DNA of 64,000 nucleotides from an uncultured Clostridia bacterium. GTDB taxonomy: Bacteria; Bacillota; Clostridia; Christensenellales; Borkfalkiaceae. The number at the start of each line of letters is the position of its first letter. Within the stretch, counting starts at the first letter, position 1. The position numbers and the translations under genes were made by a program. A model generated the notes under the pieces. The model did no database searches and was not told the DNA's origin. It worked only from the letters and a program-made list of their open reading frames with translations. Of this stretch, positions 1 to 8,482 are shown piece by piece. The stretch covers positions 2,442 through 66,441 of the forward strand of contig CANQOX010000001.1 in assembly GCA_947625595.1 (NCBI GenBank), written 5' to 3'.

Positions 1-927
1 GCCGCCCTCATCCCTCACGGGATTGCCCGAATAGGTGTTGAGGCCGCAGAAATCGAGGCGGCTCCTGATGATTTTCATGTCCTCTTCGGGCGGGACGAAG
101 CCGTTTTCCTTGAACCATGCGAGGAAATCCGCAGGGTACTCCCCCTTCAGGAGGGGGTCGAGCCAGAGCGCGGGCCCGCCGAAGTCATGGTGGCAGGCGA
201 ACGTCTCCCTTCTCGCCATCGCGACGTCCTTTTCGCCGTGGGTGGCGGGAAGCGCGGGCCAGTAGGCCTGCGCCGTGCCGATCTTCACGGGGTGAGAAAT
301 GACCTTGCGGAGGACTTTCTCGGCCTTGCCGCAGGCGAGGAGGACGTTGTGGGAGACCTGTGCGACGTCGCGGACGGGAAGTTTCAGGAAGGGCGCATGC
401 CCCGCCGTGAAGTGGCCGAGCCCGACAAAGCACTCGGGTTCATTGATGAGAATGATGTGCTCCATGTAGTCGCCGAACAGCTCGCCGACGGTCTTTGCGT
501 ACTCCGCGAACCAGTCGGAGCTTTCGGGATTGAGCCAGCCGCCCCTCTTGTAGAGTTCGTAGGGGTAATCCCAATGGAAGAGGGTCACCCAAGGCTCGAT
601 GCCCGCTTTCTTCAATTCTTTGAAAAGATTCAGGTAGAAATTCTTGCCCGCTTCGCTGACCTTCCCCGTTCCCGCGGGGAGGAGGCGGGACCAGTTGAGC
701 GAGAAGCGGTAGGCCTTGATGCCCAGCTCCTTCATCAGGGCGACGTCCTCTCTCCATTTATGGTAATGGTCACAGCCGATGTGGCCCTTGTGCCCCTCGA
801 AGACGCGGCCCTCGGTGGCGGAGGCGACGTCCCAGACGCTCAAACCCTTGTCGTCCTCGTACGTCCCCCCTTCAATCTGGTAGGAGGCCGTCGCGACCCC
901 CCAAGCGAAATTTTTGATAAATGCCAT
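1..927 (-). CDS. Glycoside hydrolase family 1 beta-glucosidase, N-terminal part (C-terminus lies beyond the left window edge)
   Basis: Absent from the ORF track because it runs off the edge. My translation of the minus strand from the ATG at 927 gives MAFIKNFAWGVATASYQIEGG...YRFSLNWSRLLP...TLFHWDYP...ILINEPECF. These are the GH1 N-terminal signature and the NEP acid/base motif. It replaces the listed + ORF 187..1029. Confidence 0.85.
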   Translation of the reverse strand, partial: MAFIKNFAWGVATASYQIEGGTYEDDKGLSVWDVASATEGRVFEGHKGHIGCDHYHKWREDVALMKELGIKAYRFSLNWSRLLPAGTGKVSEAGKNFYLNLFKELKKAGIEPWVTLFHWDYPYELYKRGGWLNPESSDWFAEYAKTVGELFGDYMEHIILINEPECFVGLGHFTAGHAPFLKLPVRDVAQVSHNVLLACGKAEKVLRKVISHPVKIGTAQAYWPALPATHGEKDVAMARRETFACHHDFGGPALWLDPLLKGEYPADFLAWFKENGFVPPEEDMKIIRSRLDFCGLNTYSGNPVRDEGG

Positions 928-975
928 GGTCTACCCCTTGATATGGAATTAAAAATTGAAGTAATGGACTACGTT

Positions 976-1247
976 GCGTTCATGCTGAGCGCAAGCGAAG
1001 CATCTCATAGACCCGCGGACTGCGTTTGAGGGGATCCTTCGGGGATAAACCCCTCAGGATGAGCGGGAAGCAGAATGACGCAATGGGAAAAGCGTTCATG
1101 CTGAGCGCAAGCGAAGCATCTCATAGACCCGCGGACTGCGTTCGAGGGGATCCTAACTTCGCGCTTCGCGCTCGTGCCGCGCTTAGAATCAAATAGAATG
1201 CGCGCGGGGCGGTCGCAAAGCCCCCTCAGGATGAGCGGGAAGCAGAA
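976..1247. repeat. Intergenic hairpin-module repeats (cluster R1)
   Basis: A 62-nt direct repeat occurs at 976-1037 and 1092-1153 with 1 mismatch (gcgttcatgctgagcgcaagcgaagcatctcatagacccgcggactgcgtt-gaggggatcc). The module ccccctcaggatgagcgggaagcagaat occurs at about 1050-1076 and 1221-1247. An inverted copy of the same module lies at 22673-22752. Confidence 0.85.
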
Positions 1248-1248
1248 T

Positions 1249-3162
1249 TTACAGCTTCTCGGCTTCCTCGAGCCAGAGGGTGGCGACGGCGTCGGAGGGC
1301 ATGCGCCAATCCGCGCGGGGCGAAAGGGACACCGAGCCGACTTTCACGCCGTCGGGAACGCAGTTGCGCTTGAATTGCTGGCCGAAAAACCGCCTGTAGA
1401 AGTTCACGAGCCACTTTTTCAGGGTCGCGCGGTCATATTTGCCCGCAAAGGCCAGCTCGGCAAGCGCAAACGTCTTTTTGGGGCCGTCCCCCCTGCGTAT
1501 CATGTGATAGAGATAGAAATCGGTCAGCTCGTAGGGACCGATGAGGTCCTCCGTCTTCTGCGCGATCTCCCCCTTCTCGTCCGTGGGAAGGAGCTCGGGG
1601 GAAATTTCCGTCGAGAGGACGCTCTTCAGGACGACTTCGGCCCTGCCGCCGAGGCGTTCGGCTTCGGCGAGGACAAGATACTTGACGAGGGTCTTGGGGA
1701 CGGACGAATTGACGGCGTACATCGACATGTGGTCACCGTTATAAGTGCACCAGCCGAGGGCAAGCTCCGACAGATCCCCCGTGCCGATGACGAGGCCGCC
1801 CGTCTCGTTGGCGAGGTCCATGAGGATCATCGTGCGGTATCTCGCCTGCGCGTTCTCATAGGTCGTATCGGTCGTTTCAGGGTCGTGGCCGATGTCCCTG
1901 AAGTGGCGGAGGACGGTCTGTGAGATGTTGATCGTCCGAAGGTCCACGCCCAAGGCCTGCATGAGGGAGAGGGCGTTGTTCTTGGTCTTGAGGCTCGTGC
2001 CGAACCCCGGCATAGTGACGGCGATGACGCCGTCATGGGGACGGTGCAAAAGGTCGAAGGCGCGGCAGGCGACAAGGAGGGCAAGCGTCGAATCGAGCCC
2101 GCCCGAGACGCCGATGACGGCCGTCTTTGCATGGGAAGCCCTGATCCGCCGCGCAAGGGCATGCGCCTGCATGTTCAGAATGAGTTCCGCGCGCTCCCTT
2201 CGCTCCGTCTCGGGGGGGACAAAGGGAAGCGGATCGACTTTGCAGAGGGAAAGATCCCCGTCGCCTATAAAAACGGTTTCTAACCAATCGTTGCACTTTT
2301 CGTCTGCGGCAAAGGTGTTGTGCCGTCTGCGCTCGGAGAGCAAGAAACCGACGTCGATCTCCGCCTCGCAAATTTGGCCCGAGAAGGGCGCGCTCTCCGC
2401 GAGGCAAGTGCCGTTTTCATAGATCATATTGTTGCCCGCAAAGACCATGTCCGAGGTGGATTCTCCCTCCCCAGCGGCGGCATAGACGTAGGCGCAGATG
2501 TTTTTGCCCGACTGCGCGGCGATCATCTTGTGGCGGTACTCCCTCTTCCCCACCGTCTCATTGGAGGCAGAGAGGTTGACAATGACGGCCGCCCCGCGCT
2601 TTGCGAGCCGCACAGAGGGCGAATCGGGCGCCCAGAGGTCCTCGCAGATCTCACAGCCGACGGCGATCTCGGGATGCACTTCGTCGCGAATGACGAGTTC
2701 GGCGGAAAATGCCGTGCCGTCGTTGTCCTCTCCGCCGAAGGGGAGCCATGCGACGCCCTCGGGCGCGGGAGAAAAGTAGCGGGCCTCATAAAATTCGTTA
2801 TAGTTGGGAATGTGCGTTTTGGGAACGATCCCTATGACCTTGCCGCCCGAGACGGCCGCGGCGCAGTTGTAGAGCTTGCCGCAATATAAGATCGGAAGGC
2901 CGACAAACACGAGCATAGTACGGCCGTCCGTGCTCTCGGCAACTTCCTCAAGGGCGGAAAGACAGCCGTCGAGGAGGGTCTGCTGCAAAAAGAGGTCGCC
3001 GCAGGTGTAGCCCGAGAGGGAAAGCTCGGGAAAGACGAGCAGTTCGGTCCCCTTCTCGGCCTGCGATACGATGATCTCGATGATCTTCTGTGCGTTGAAT
3101 GCAGGATCGGCGACCCGTAACTCGGGGCTCGCCGCCGCAACTTTTAAGAATTGATGTTTCAT
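1249..3162 (-). CDS. nadE: Glutamine-dependent NAD+ synthetase (CN-hydrolase domain + NAD synthase domain)
   Basis: ORF 1249..3417, trimmed to the ATG at 3162 (MKHQFLKVAAASPELRVADPAFN...). CN-hydrolase motifs VFPELSLSGY and EICEDLW are present, as is the PP-loop GVSGGLDSTLAL. The upstream 85 codons lie in repeat DNA. Confidence 0.92.
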   Translation of the reverse strand: MKHQFLKVAAASPELRVADPAFNAQKIIEIIVSQAEKGTELLVFPELSLSGYTCGDLFLQQTLLDGCLSALEEVAESTDGRTMLVFVGLPILYCGKLYNCAAAVSGGKVIGIVPKTHIPNYNEFYEARYFSPAPEGVAWLPFGGEDNDGTAFSAELVIRDEVHPEIAVGCEICEDLWAPDSPSVRLAKRGAAVIVNLSASNETVGKREYRHKMIAAQSGKNICAYVYAAAGEGESTSDMVFAGNNMIYENGTCLAESAPFSGQICEAEIDVGFLLSERRRHNTFAADEKCNDWLETVFIGDGDLSLCKVDPLPFVPPETERRERAELILNMQAHALARRIRASHAKTAVIGVSGGLDSTLALLVACRAFDLLHRPHDGVIAVTMPGFGTSLKTKNNALSLMQALGVDLRTINISQTVLRHFRDIGHDPETTDTTYENAQARYRTMILMDLANETGGLVIGTGDLSELALGWCTYNGDHMSMYAVNSSVPKTLVKYLVLAEAERLGGRAEVVLKSVLSTEISPELLPTDEKGEIAQKTEDLIGPYELTDFYLYHMIRRGDGPKKTFALAELAFAGKYDRATLKKWLVNFYRRFFGQQFKRNCVPDGVKVGSVSLSPRADWRMPSDAVATLWLEEAEKL

Positions 3163-4432
3163 GATTTGATTTACGGTTATGTTGGAGAATTCTGAGGAGG
3201 AGAAAATGCGGTGACCACCCCCTACCCTACCCGTTACGGCGGCAGGGACCGCCGTAACCTCCGTCGCGGAGGCCACCGCTCCTGTCGCGGCGCAGCTCAC
3301 AGTGCACCGCACTGTTGAGCAGGAATGTGTCGCTCCACCCTCAAGTATAAGGGGGGAGGCGGTGGTTTTTCTCGCCTGCCCCCTTCCCAAGGGGGCGGGG
3401 TAGGGGTGGGGGTTCATTCCCTCTCCCTTGCCTTAGGCGGAATTCACTTCCGCCGTGGGCGACTCAATTTGCCGAAACCTTTCGGCTTGTTGTCCTTGCA
3501 AAGTGCCTTCCGAGGCCAAATTGATTGATGTTGATAGCACTTTCGCTCGAACATTTCTTTTCGAAGCCCCGCGAGATCCTTCGACACGCCGCCTTTGGCG
3601 GCGGCTCAGGATGACGCGCAGGGAGGGCCTCCGCGCGTCCGCGGGGCGAGTAAAGAAATGTTCGAAACATTCCCACTCATGGCGCGTGGCGGGGTTCCCC
3701 CGCCTAAGCGCACCCCATTTGGTACCCTACGGGAACCTTAATGTCCTTGCATATAACTCTTCCGAGGCCAACTCGATTGATGTACAAAGCACTTTCGCTC
3801 GAACATTTCTTTTCGAAGCCCCGCGAGATCCTTCGACAGGCTCAGGATGACGCGCGGGGAGGGCCTCCGCGCGTCCGCGGGGCGAGTAAAGAAATGTTCG
3901 AAATATTCCCACTCATGGCGCGTGGCGGGGTTCCCCCGCCTAAGCGCACCCCATTTGGTACCCTACGGGAACCTTAATGTCCTTGCATATAACTCTTCCG
4001 AGGCCAACTCGATTGATGTACAAAGCACTTTCGCTCGAACATTTCTTTTCGAAGCCCCGCGAGATCCTTCGACACGCCGCCTTTGGCGGCGGCTCAGGAT
4101 GACGCGCAGGGAGGGCCTCCGCGCGTCCGCGGGGCGAGCAAAGAAATCGTTCGAAACATTATTACTTGCCTTAGGCGGAATTCACTTCCGCCGTGGGCGA
4201 CACAATTTGCCGAAACCTTTCGGCTTGTTGTCCCTGCAGAGTGCCTTCCGAGGCCAACTCGATTGATGAACAGGGCACTTTCGCTCGAACATTTCTTTTC
4301 GAAGCCCCGCGAGATTCTTCGGTCGCTTCGCTCCCTCTGAATGACGCAGGAATGAGGTGACCCACCCCCCTACCCCCCTCCCACGGAGGGGGCGAGAAAG
4401 TTGCGGGGCGAGCAAAGAAATGTCCGAAATAA
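3163..4432. repeat. 1.27-kb mosaic array of hairpin modules (cluster R2) between recA and nadE
   Basis: The anchor ccgaggccaa(a/c)t(t/c)gattgatg recurs at 3510, 3762, 3998 and 4248 (periods 252, 236 and 250 nt). Modules are shuffled rather than strictly tandem. Each module folds as a small hairpin, e.g. ggcggaattcacttccgcc, gccgaaacctttcggc, gacgcgcagggagggcctccgcgcgtc and ggcggggttcccccgcc. ORFs 3455..3850 and 3847..4266 translate the same repeat. Confidence 0.9.
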
Positions 4433-5449
4433 CTACTCCTCTCCCACGATCGTCTCGACGGGAGAACCCTTGGCGGCGAGGCGGATCTTGGCCTCGATCT
4501 CGGCGGCGAGCTCGGGATTGTCCTTCAAAAACTGCCGCATCTTCTCCTTGCCGTTGGCAACTTTGTTGTCATTATAGATGAACCATGCGCCGCTCTTTTT
4601 GATGATCTCATACTGGACGCCGAGGTCGATGATACAACCCTCCTGCGAGACGCCCTGCCCGTACATGATGTCAAATTCGGCCTGACGGAAGGGCGCGGCA
4701 AGTTTGTTCTTGACGATCTTCGCCCGCGTGCGGTTGCCCGCCGCCCCCTCGCTGTCCTTGAGAATGTCGATCTTCCTGACGTCGATGCGAATGGAGGCAT
4801 AGAATTTGAGCGCCTTGCCGCCGGGGGTCACCTCGGGATTGCCGAACATGACGCCGACCTTTTCGCGCAGTTGGTTGATGAAGATGACGCAGGTCTTGGA
4901 CTTGTTGACGATGGCGGTGAGCTTGCGGAGGGCCTGCGACATGAGGCGGGCCTGAAGGCCGACATGACTTTCGCCCATGTCCCCCTCGATCTCGGCCTTG
5001 GGCGTGAGCGCGGCGACGGAGTCAACGACGATGATGTCGACCGCGGAGGAGCGGACGAGGGCGTCCACGATGTCAAGGGCCTGTTCGCCCGTGTCGGGCT
5101 GGGAGACATAGAGCTCCTCGAGCTTGACCCCGAGTTGCTTTGCATAGACGGGGTCGAGGGCGTGCTCGGCGTCGATGAAGGCGGCGATGCCTCCCCTCTT
5201 CTGCGTCTCGGCGACGCAGTGGAGCGCAACGGTGGTCTTGCCCGAGGATTCGGGGCCGTAGATCTCCACCATTCTGCCGCGCGGAAGCCCGCCGATGCCG
5301 AGCGCGAGGTCGAGCGAGAGGCACCCCGTCGGAATGACCTCGATGTCGTTGTCGGCGATCTCGCCGAGCTTCATGATCGCGCCCTTGCCGTAGCTCTTTT
5401 CGATCTGCGTAAGGACGGCCTCCAATGCCTTGATCTTGTCTTCGTTCAT
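4433..5449 (-). CDS. recA: Recombinase RecA
   Basis: 338 aa with a canonical RecA sequence. Walker A is GPESSGKTT, and FIDAEHALD and [10 protein letters not shown]-type motifs are present. SD aaggag lies 8 nt upstream. Confidence 0.98.
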   Translation of the reverse strand: MNEDKIKALEAVLTQIEKSYGKGAIMKLGEIADNDIEVIPTGCLSLDLALGIGGLPRGRMVEIYGPESSGKTTVALHCVAETQKRGGIAAFIDAEHALDPVYAKQLGVKLEELYVSQPDTGEQALDIVDALVRSSAVDIIVVDSVAALTPKAEIEGDMGESHVGLQARLMSQALRKLTAIVNKSKTCVIFINQLREKVGVMFGNPEVTPGGKALKFYASIRIDVRKIDILKDSEGAAGNRTRAKIVKNKLAAPFRQAEFDIMYGQGVSQEGCIIDLGVQYEIIKKSGAWFIYNDNKVANGKEKMRQFLKDNPELAAEIEAKIRLAAKGSPVETIVGEE

Positions 5450-5479
5450 AAATTTAGCTCCTTGTATGGTTTCACAGAT

Positions 5480-6547
5480 TTATTTGATCTCGCGGAAGGC
5501 GAGAAAGAGTGCAAGCTGAATGGCCGTCTTTGTGATCGTCTCCCTGTCCCCCGTCAACTGCGGACGGTAGACCCTGACATTCTCCTTTGTTCCGACGGCG
5601 ATGAAACAAAGTCCCGCGGGCTGTCCCTCTGCATCTGGCCCCGCATAGCCCGTGGTGGCGATCGCGAGGTCGCACTTGCTCCCCTTCAGAAGACCGAGCG
5701 CCATTTCGTAGGCGGTTTCGTCAGAGACGGCCCCCTTCTGCTTCAAGGTCAGATTGGAGACGCCGAGGCGGTCCTCCTTGGAACCGTTGTCGTAGGTATT
5801 CAATCCCTCATAGAAGACGCGGCTCGCCCCCGCAACGGAGACGATCGCGGCTCCGACGCCGCCGCCCGTAAAGCTCTCCGCAGTGGAAAGGTGCATGCGG
5901 CGCACTTTCAAAGCCTCCACGAGGCGATGCTCGATCCCCTCGTCCTCCATCGAATAGATGTAGTCCGAAAGGTCGGTCGCAAGAATGCGGATGACCTCGT
6001 CGGCGGTCATTTTCGGCGTGTTCCGATCGTAGATGATCTCGATGCGGCCGTTGCCAAAGGCCGTGCTCGTGTGAATGACGAGCTTGTCCTCGGCCGCCGC
6101 CCTCGCTTTCCTGACGGCCTCGCGGACGCGATCGGCGGGAGCGCAGACCGTGCGAATGTAGGCGCGGAGGTAGGTGTTGCACCGCTTCTCGTCGACGCGC
6201 GGGATGACGTCCTTTCTCGTCAGTTCCGCCCCCCTGCTGTCTGCGGGGAGAATGAAGCAAAGGCAGTCGTTCGCCGTGAAGAAGTCCTCCACGACGGTCT
6301 CCCCCGTCGCCGCCGCGAAGGCCTCGCGGGCGGAGGAAAGGAGCGCCCCATCGCAGATGAGATAGACAAATTTATGGTCGGAGACGAGCCTTGAAAGGGT
6401 CGCAGTGACGGTCATGGGCGCGTCGTAGGGCAAAATTTCGGTCTCGTCCAAAAAGACGCCGCCCGACAGGAGCGCGTCCGTCACGGCCGAAAAATTGACC
6501 GTGGAGAGCGGATTTTTATTGTTGACGAGGATCGCCGCCGCGTGCAT
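5480..6547 (-). CDS. cinA: CinA-family protein with C-terminal PncC-type nicotinamide-nucleotide amidase domain and a divergent N-terminal half
   Basis: The C-terminal approx 160 aa read LSTAESFTGGGVGAAIVSVAGASRVF...AIATTGYAGP, which is the CinA_C signature. The gene sits in the classic position directly upstream of recA. The N-terminal approx 190 aa lack the usual MoCF motif (GTELL.G). Confidence 0.8.
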   Translation of the reverse strand: MHAAAILVNNKNPLSTVNFSAVTDALLSGGVFLDETEILPYDAPMTVTATLSRLVSDHKFVYLICDGALLSSAREAFAAATGETVVEDFFTANDCLCFILPADSRGAELTRKDVIPRVDEKRCNTYLRAYIRTVCAPADRVREAVRKARAAAEDKLVIHTSTAFGNGRIEIIYDRNTPKMTADEVIRILATDLSDYIYSMEDEGIEHRLVEALKVRRMHLSTAESFTGGGVGAAIVSVAGASRVFYEGLNTYDNGSKEDRLGVSNLTLKQKGAVSDETAYEMALGLLKGSKCDLAIATTGYAGPDAEGQPAGLCFIAVGTKENVRVYRPQLTGDRETITKTAIQLALFLAFREIK

Positions 6548-7165
6548 TCAGTTCTTCTCCTTGTCAGACAGCACTTGTCTGTTTTTCACGATGTAATTGA
6601 CGCCCGAGACGACGGTGAGGACGGTCGCGAGCAGAAGGAGCGCAAAGCCGACCGCGGCCACATAGGGCGCCGCCGCAAGGTACCCCGCCGAGCCGTTCAG
6701 AAAGGGCATGACGGCGAGCAAAACGGCGATAGAGACGTCCTGAACGGTCGTCTTGATCTTGCCGAGTTTGTCGGCCGCGAGGACCAAGCCCCGCTCCACA
6801 GCGAGGAGACGGAAGCCGCTCACGATGAGTTCCCGCGCCATAATGAGCGCGACGCACACGCCCGCGAGGACGATCTCATATCCGTACACGTCGGCGGTAA
6901 AGCAGAACGCCGCGGGACGGGTCAGAAGGAGAATGAGCGCGGTCGAGACGAGGACTTTGTCGGCGATGGGGTCGAGAAATTTTCCCATGTTGGTGACGAG
7001 GTCATACTTTCTCGCGATGTAGCCGTCCAAAAAGTCCGTGCAGGCGGCGAGGACAAAGACGATCGCCGCGACGAGTTCATGATAGGGAAATTCGACATAG
7101 AAGAGAATGACGAAGATCGGGATCATGCAGATCCTTGTGAGTGTGATTTTGTTGGGTAAATTCAT
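6548..7165 (-). CDS. pgsA: CDP-diacylglycerol--glycerol-3-phosphate 3-phosphatidyltransferase
   Basis: CDP-alcohol phosphatidyltransferase motif DFLDGYIARKYDLVTNMGKFLDPIADK. Multi-TM, 205 aa. It abuts cinA with no gap. Confidence 0.93.
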   Translation of the reverse strand: MNLPNKITLTRICMIPIFVILFYVEFPYHELVAAIVFVLAACTDFLDGYIARKYDLVTNMGKFLDPIADKVLVSTALILLLTRPAAFCFTADVYGYEIVLAGVCVALIMARELIVSGFRLLAVERGLVLAADKLGKIKTTVQDVSIAVLLAVMPFLNGSAGYLAAAPYVAAVGFALLLLATVLTVVSGVNYIVKNRQVLSDKEKN

Positions 7166-8482
7166 TTATTCCTCCACGGTGTGACCGAACAGGTCGTAAG
7201 TCTCGGCGCGGTCGATAGCGACGGCGTAGCGTTTGCCCTCCTCCGCCGCGGGAGCGGTGAAGAAGACACAGCCGTCGATCTCAAACGCCTGAAAGAAGGC
7301 CCTTCCCACAAAACAGCCCCTGTCGAAGTCGATCCCGTCGCAGACGACGGAGAGCGTCTTCCCGACATAGCCTTCGAGCTTTGCGGCAGAGATCTCTGCC
7401 TGCCGCTCATAGAGTTCCCTCTGCCAACGCTTTCTCGTCGGATACGGGACCTGTCCTTTGAGCTTGTAGGCGGGCGTATCCTCTTCCCTCGAATAGACGA
7501 AGAAGCCGCAGTTCTCAAACTGTGCCTCCCCGAGAAAGGAGAGAAGGGCCCTGTGCTCCTCCTCCGTCTCGGTGGGAAAGCCCGCGATGAACGTCGTGCG
7601 GAGGGCGATCCCCCCGATCTCCCGCCGAAGTTTCTGAAAGAGGGCGAGGTATTCCTCCCCGCTTCCCCGCCGCCCCATGAGTTTGAGGACCCTCTTCTCG
7701 CTGTGCTGGAGGGGAATGTCGAGGTATTTGATAATTTTCGGATTTGTCTTTATTTCCCGAATGAGTTCGTCCGTGATCGCCTCGGGATAGCAGTACAAAA
7801 GGCGGATATGGGCGATGTTCGGGAGGGCGGAGAGCGCTTTGAGGAGCGCGACAAGGCGGTTTTCTCCCCCATCTTCCCCGTAGCGGGTGGTGTCCTGCGC
7901 GACGAGGACGAGCTCGTCCGTCTCGCCGAGGGCGGCCGCCTCCTCCACGAGTTCCTCCATGGGATAGGAGACGTATTTTCCCCTGATCTTCGGGATCAGG
8001 CAGTAGGTGCAGTGGTTGAAACAGCCGTCGGCGATCTTGAGATACTTGAGATGCGGCATGGTGGAGACAAAGCGGTCGGGCCGCGTGCCGTCCCCCGTTC
8101 CGACGGCGTTGATCCTCTGTCCCTCGCGGTAGGAGCGTTCGAGCGCGGGAAAGAGCTCCGAGTAGTCCTTGACGCCGAGGAAAACATCTGCCTCGGAGAG
8201 CGCGGGAAAGAGTTCGCCGATGAATTTCTCGGGAAGACAGCCCGTGACGACGATCTTCTCGAGGTTCCCCTCCCTGTACCTGTTTCCCTCGAATACGGCG
8301 GAGAGGGATTCCTCCCGCGCGCTGTTGAGGAAGGCGCAGGTGTTGACGATGAGGACCTGCGCTCTTGAAAGGTCGTCGGTGATCTCACAGCCGTGGCGGA
8401 CGATCTCGCCGAGCAGTCTCTCGCCGTCCACGCGGTTCTTATCACAGCCGAGCGAGATCATGCCGAAGGTCTTTTTCAGCAT
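7166..8482 (-). CDS. rimO: Ribosomal protein S12 methylthiotransferase RimO (MiaB-family radical SAM enzyme)
   Basis: N-terminal UPF0004 cysteines (SLGCDKN...NTCAF), radical-SAM CFNHCTYC and a C-terminal TRAM-like domain. The start overlaps the ftsK stop (TGATG), suggesting translational coupling. Confidence 0.88.
   Translation of the reverse strand: MLKKTFGMISLGCDKNRVDGERLLGEIVRHGCEITDDLSRAQVLIVNTCAFLNSAREESLSAVFEGNRYREGNLEKIVVTGCLPEKFIGELFPALSEADVFLGVKDYSELFPALERSYREGQRINAVGTGDGTRPDRFVSTMPHLKYLKIADGCFNHCTYCLIPKIRGKYVSYPMEELVEEAAALGETDELVLVAQDTTRYGEDGGENRLVALLKALSALPNIAHIRLLYCYPEAITDELIREIKTNPKIIKYLDIPLQHSEKRVLKLMGRRGSGEEYLALFQKLRREIGGIALRTTFIAGFPTETEEEHRALLSFLGEAQFENCGFFVYSREEDTPAYKLKGQVPYPTRKRWQRELYERQAEISAAKLEGYVGKTLSVVCDGIDFDRGCFVGRAFFQAFEIDGCVFFTAPAAEEGKRYAVAIDRAETYDLFGHTVEE

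Noticed and set aside
187-1029. + strand ORF of 280 aa at the left edge
   Set aside because: The opposite strand encodes a textbook GH1 beta-glucosidase N-terminus starting at 927. The + ORF is its shadow.
3163-3417. N-terminal extensions of track ORFs (nadE to 3417, TIR gene to 16250, first locus gene to 61541, and 16042, 21052, 21494, 22270, 26266, 19522)
   Set aside because: The extensions run through repeat or promoter DNA, or overlap neighbouring genes. The internal starts chosen match family N-termini and/or have an SD or promoter geometry.
3455-4266. ORFs 3455..3850, 3847..4266, 3741..3977, 16538..16828, 16755..17090, 28840..29193 and similar as small proteins
   Set aside because: They lie wholly in the hairpin-module repeats. 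The same peptide appears from copies in opposite orientations and different frames. They have no SD and no start-codon conservation.
3163-4432. CRISPR array hypothesis for the periodic region
   Set aside because: The approx 236-252-nt period is far too long. The intervals between anchors are themselves repeated modules rather than unique spacers. No cas genes are present in the window.
5450-5479. LexA (Cheo-type GAAC-N4-GTTC) box upstream of recA
   Set aside because: The 30-nt cinA-recA spacer holds only an SD. GAAC/GTTC-containing strings in the repeat modules (cgaacatttcttttcgaag, atgttcgaaacat) do not have the GAAC-N4-GTTC arrangement. I could not scan every upstream region exhaustively by eye.
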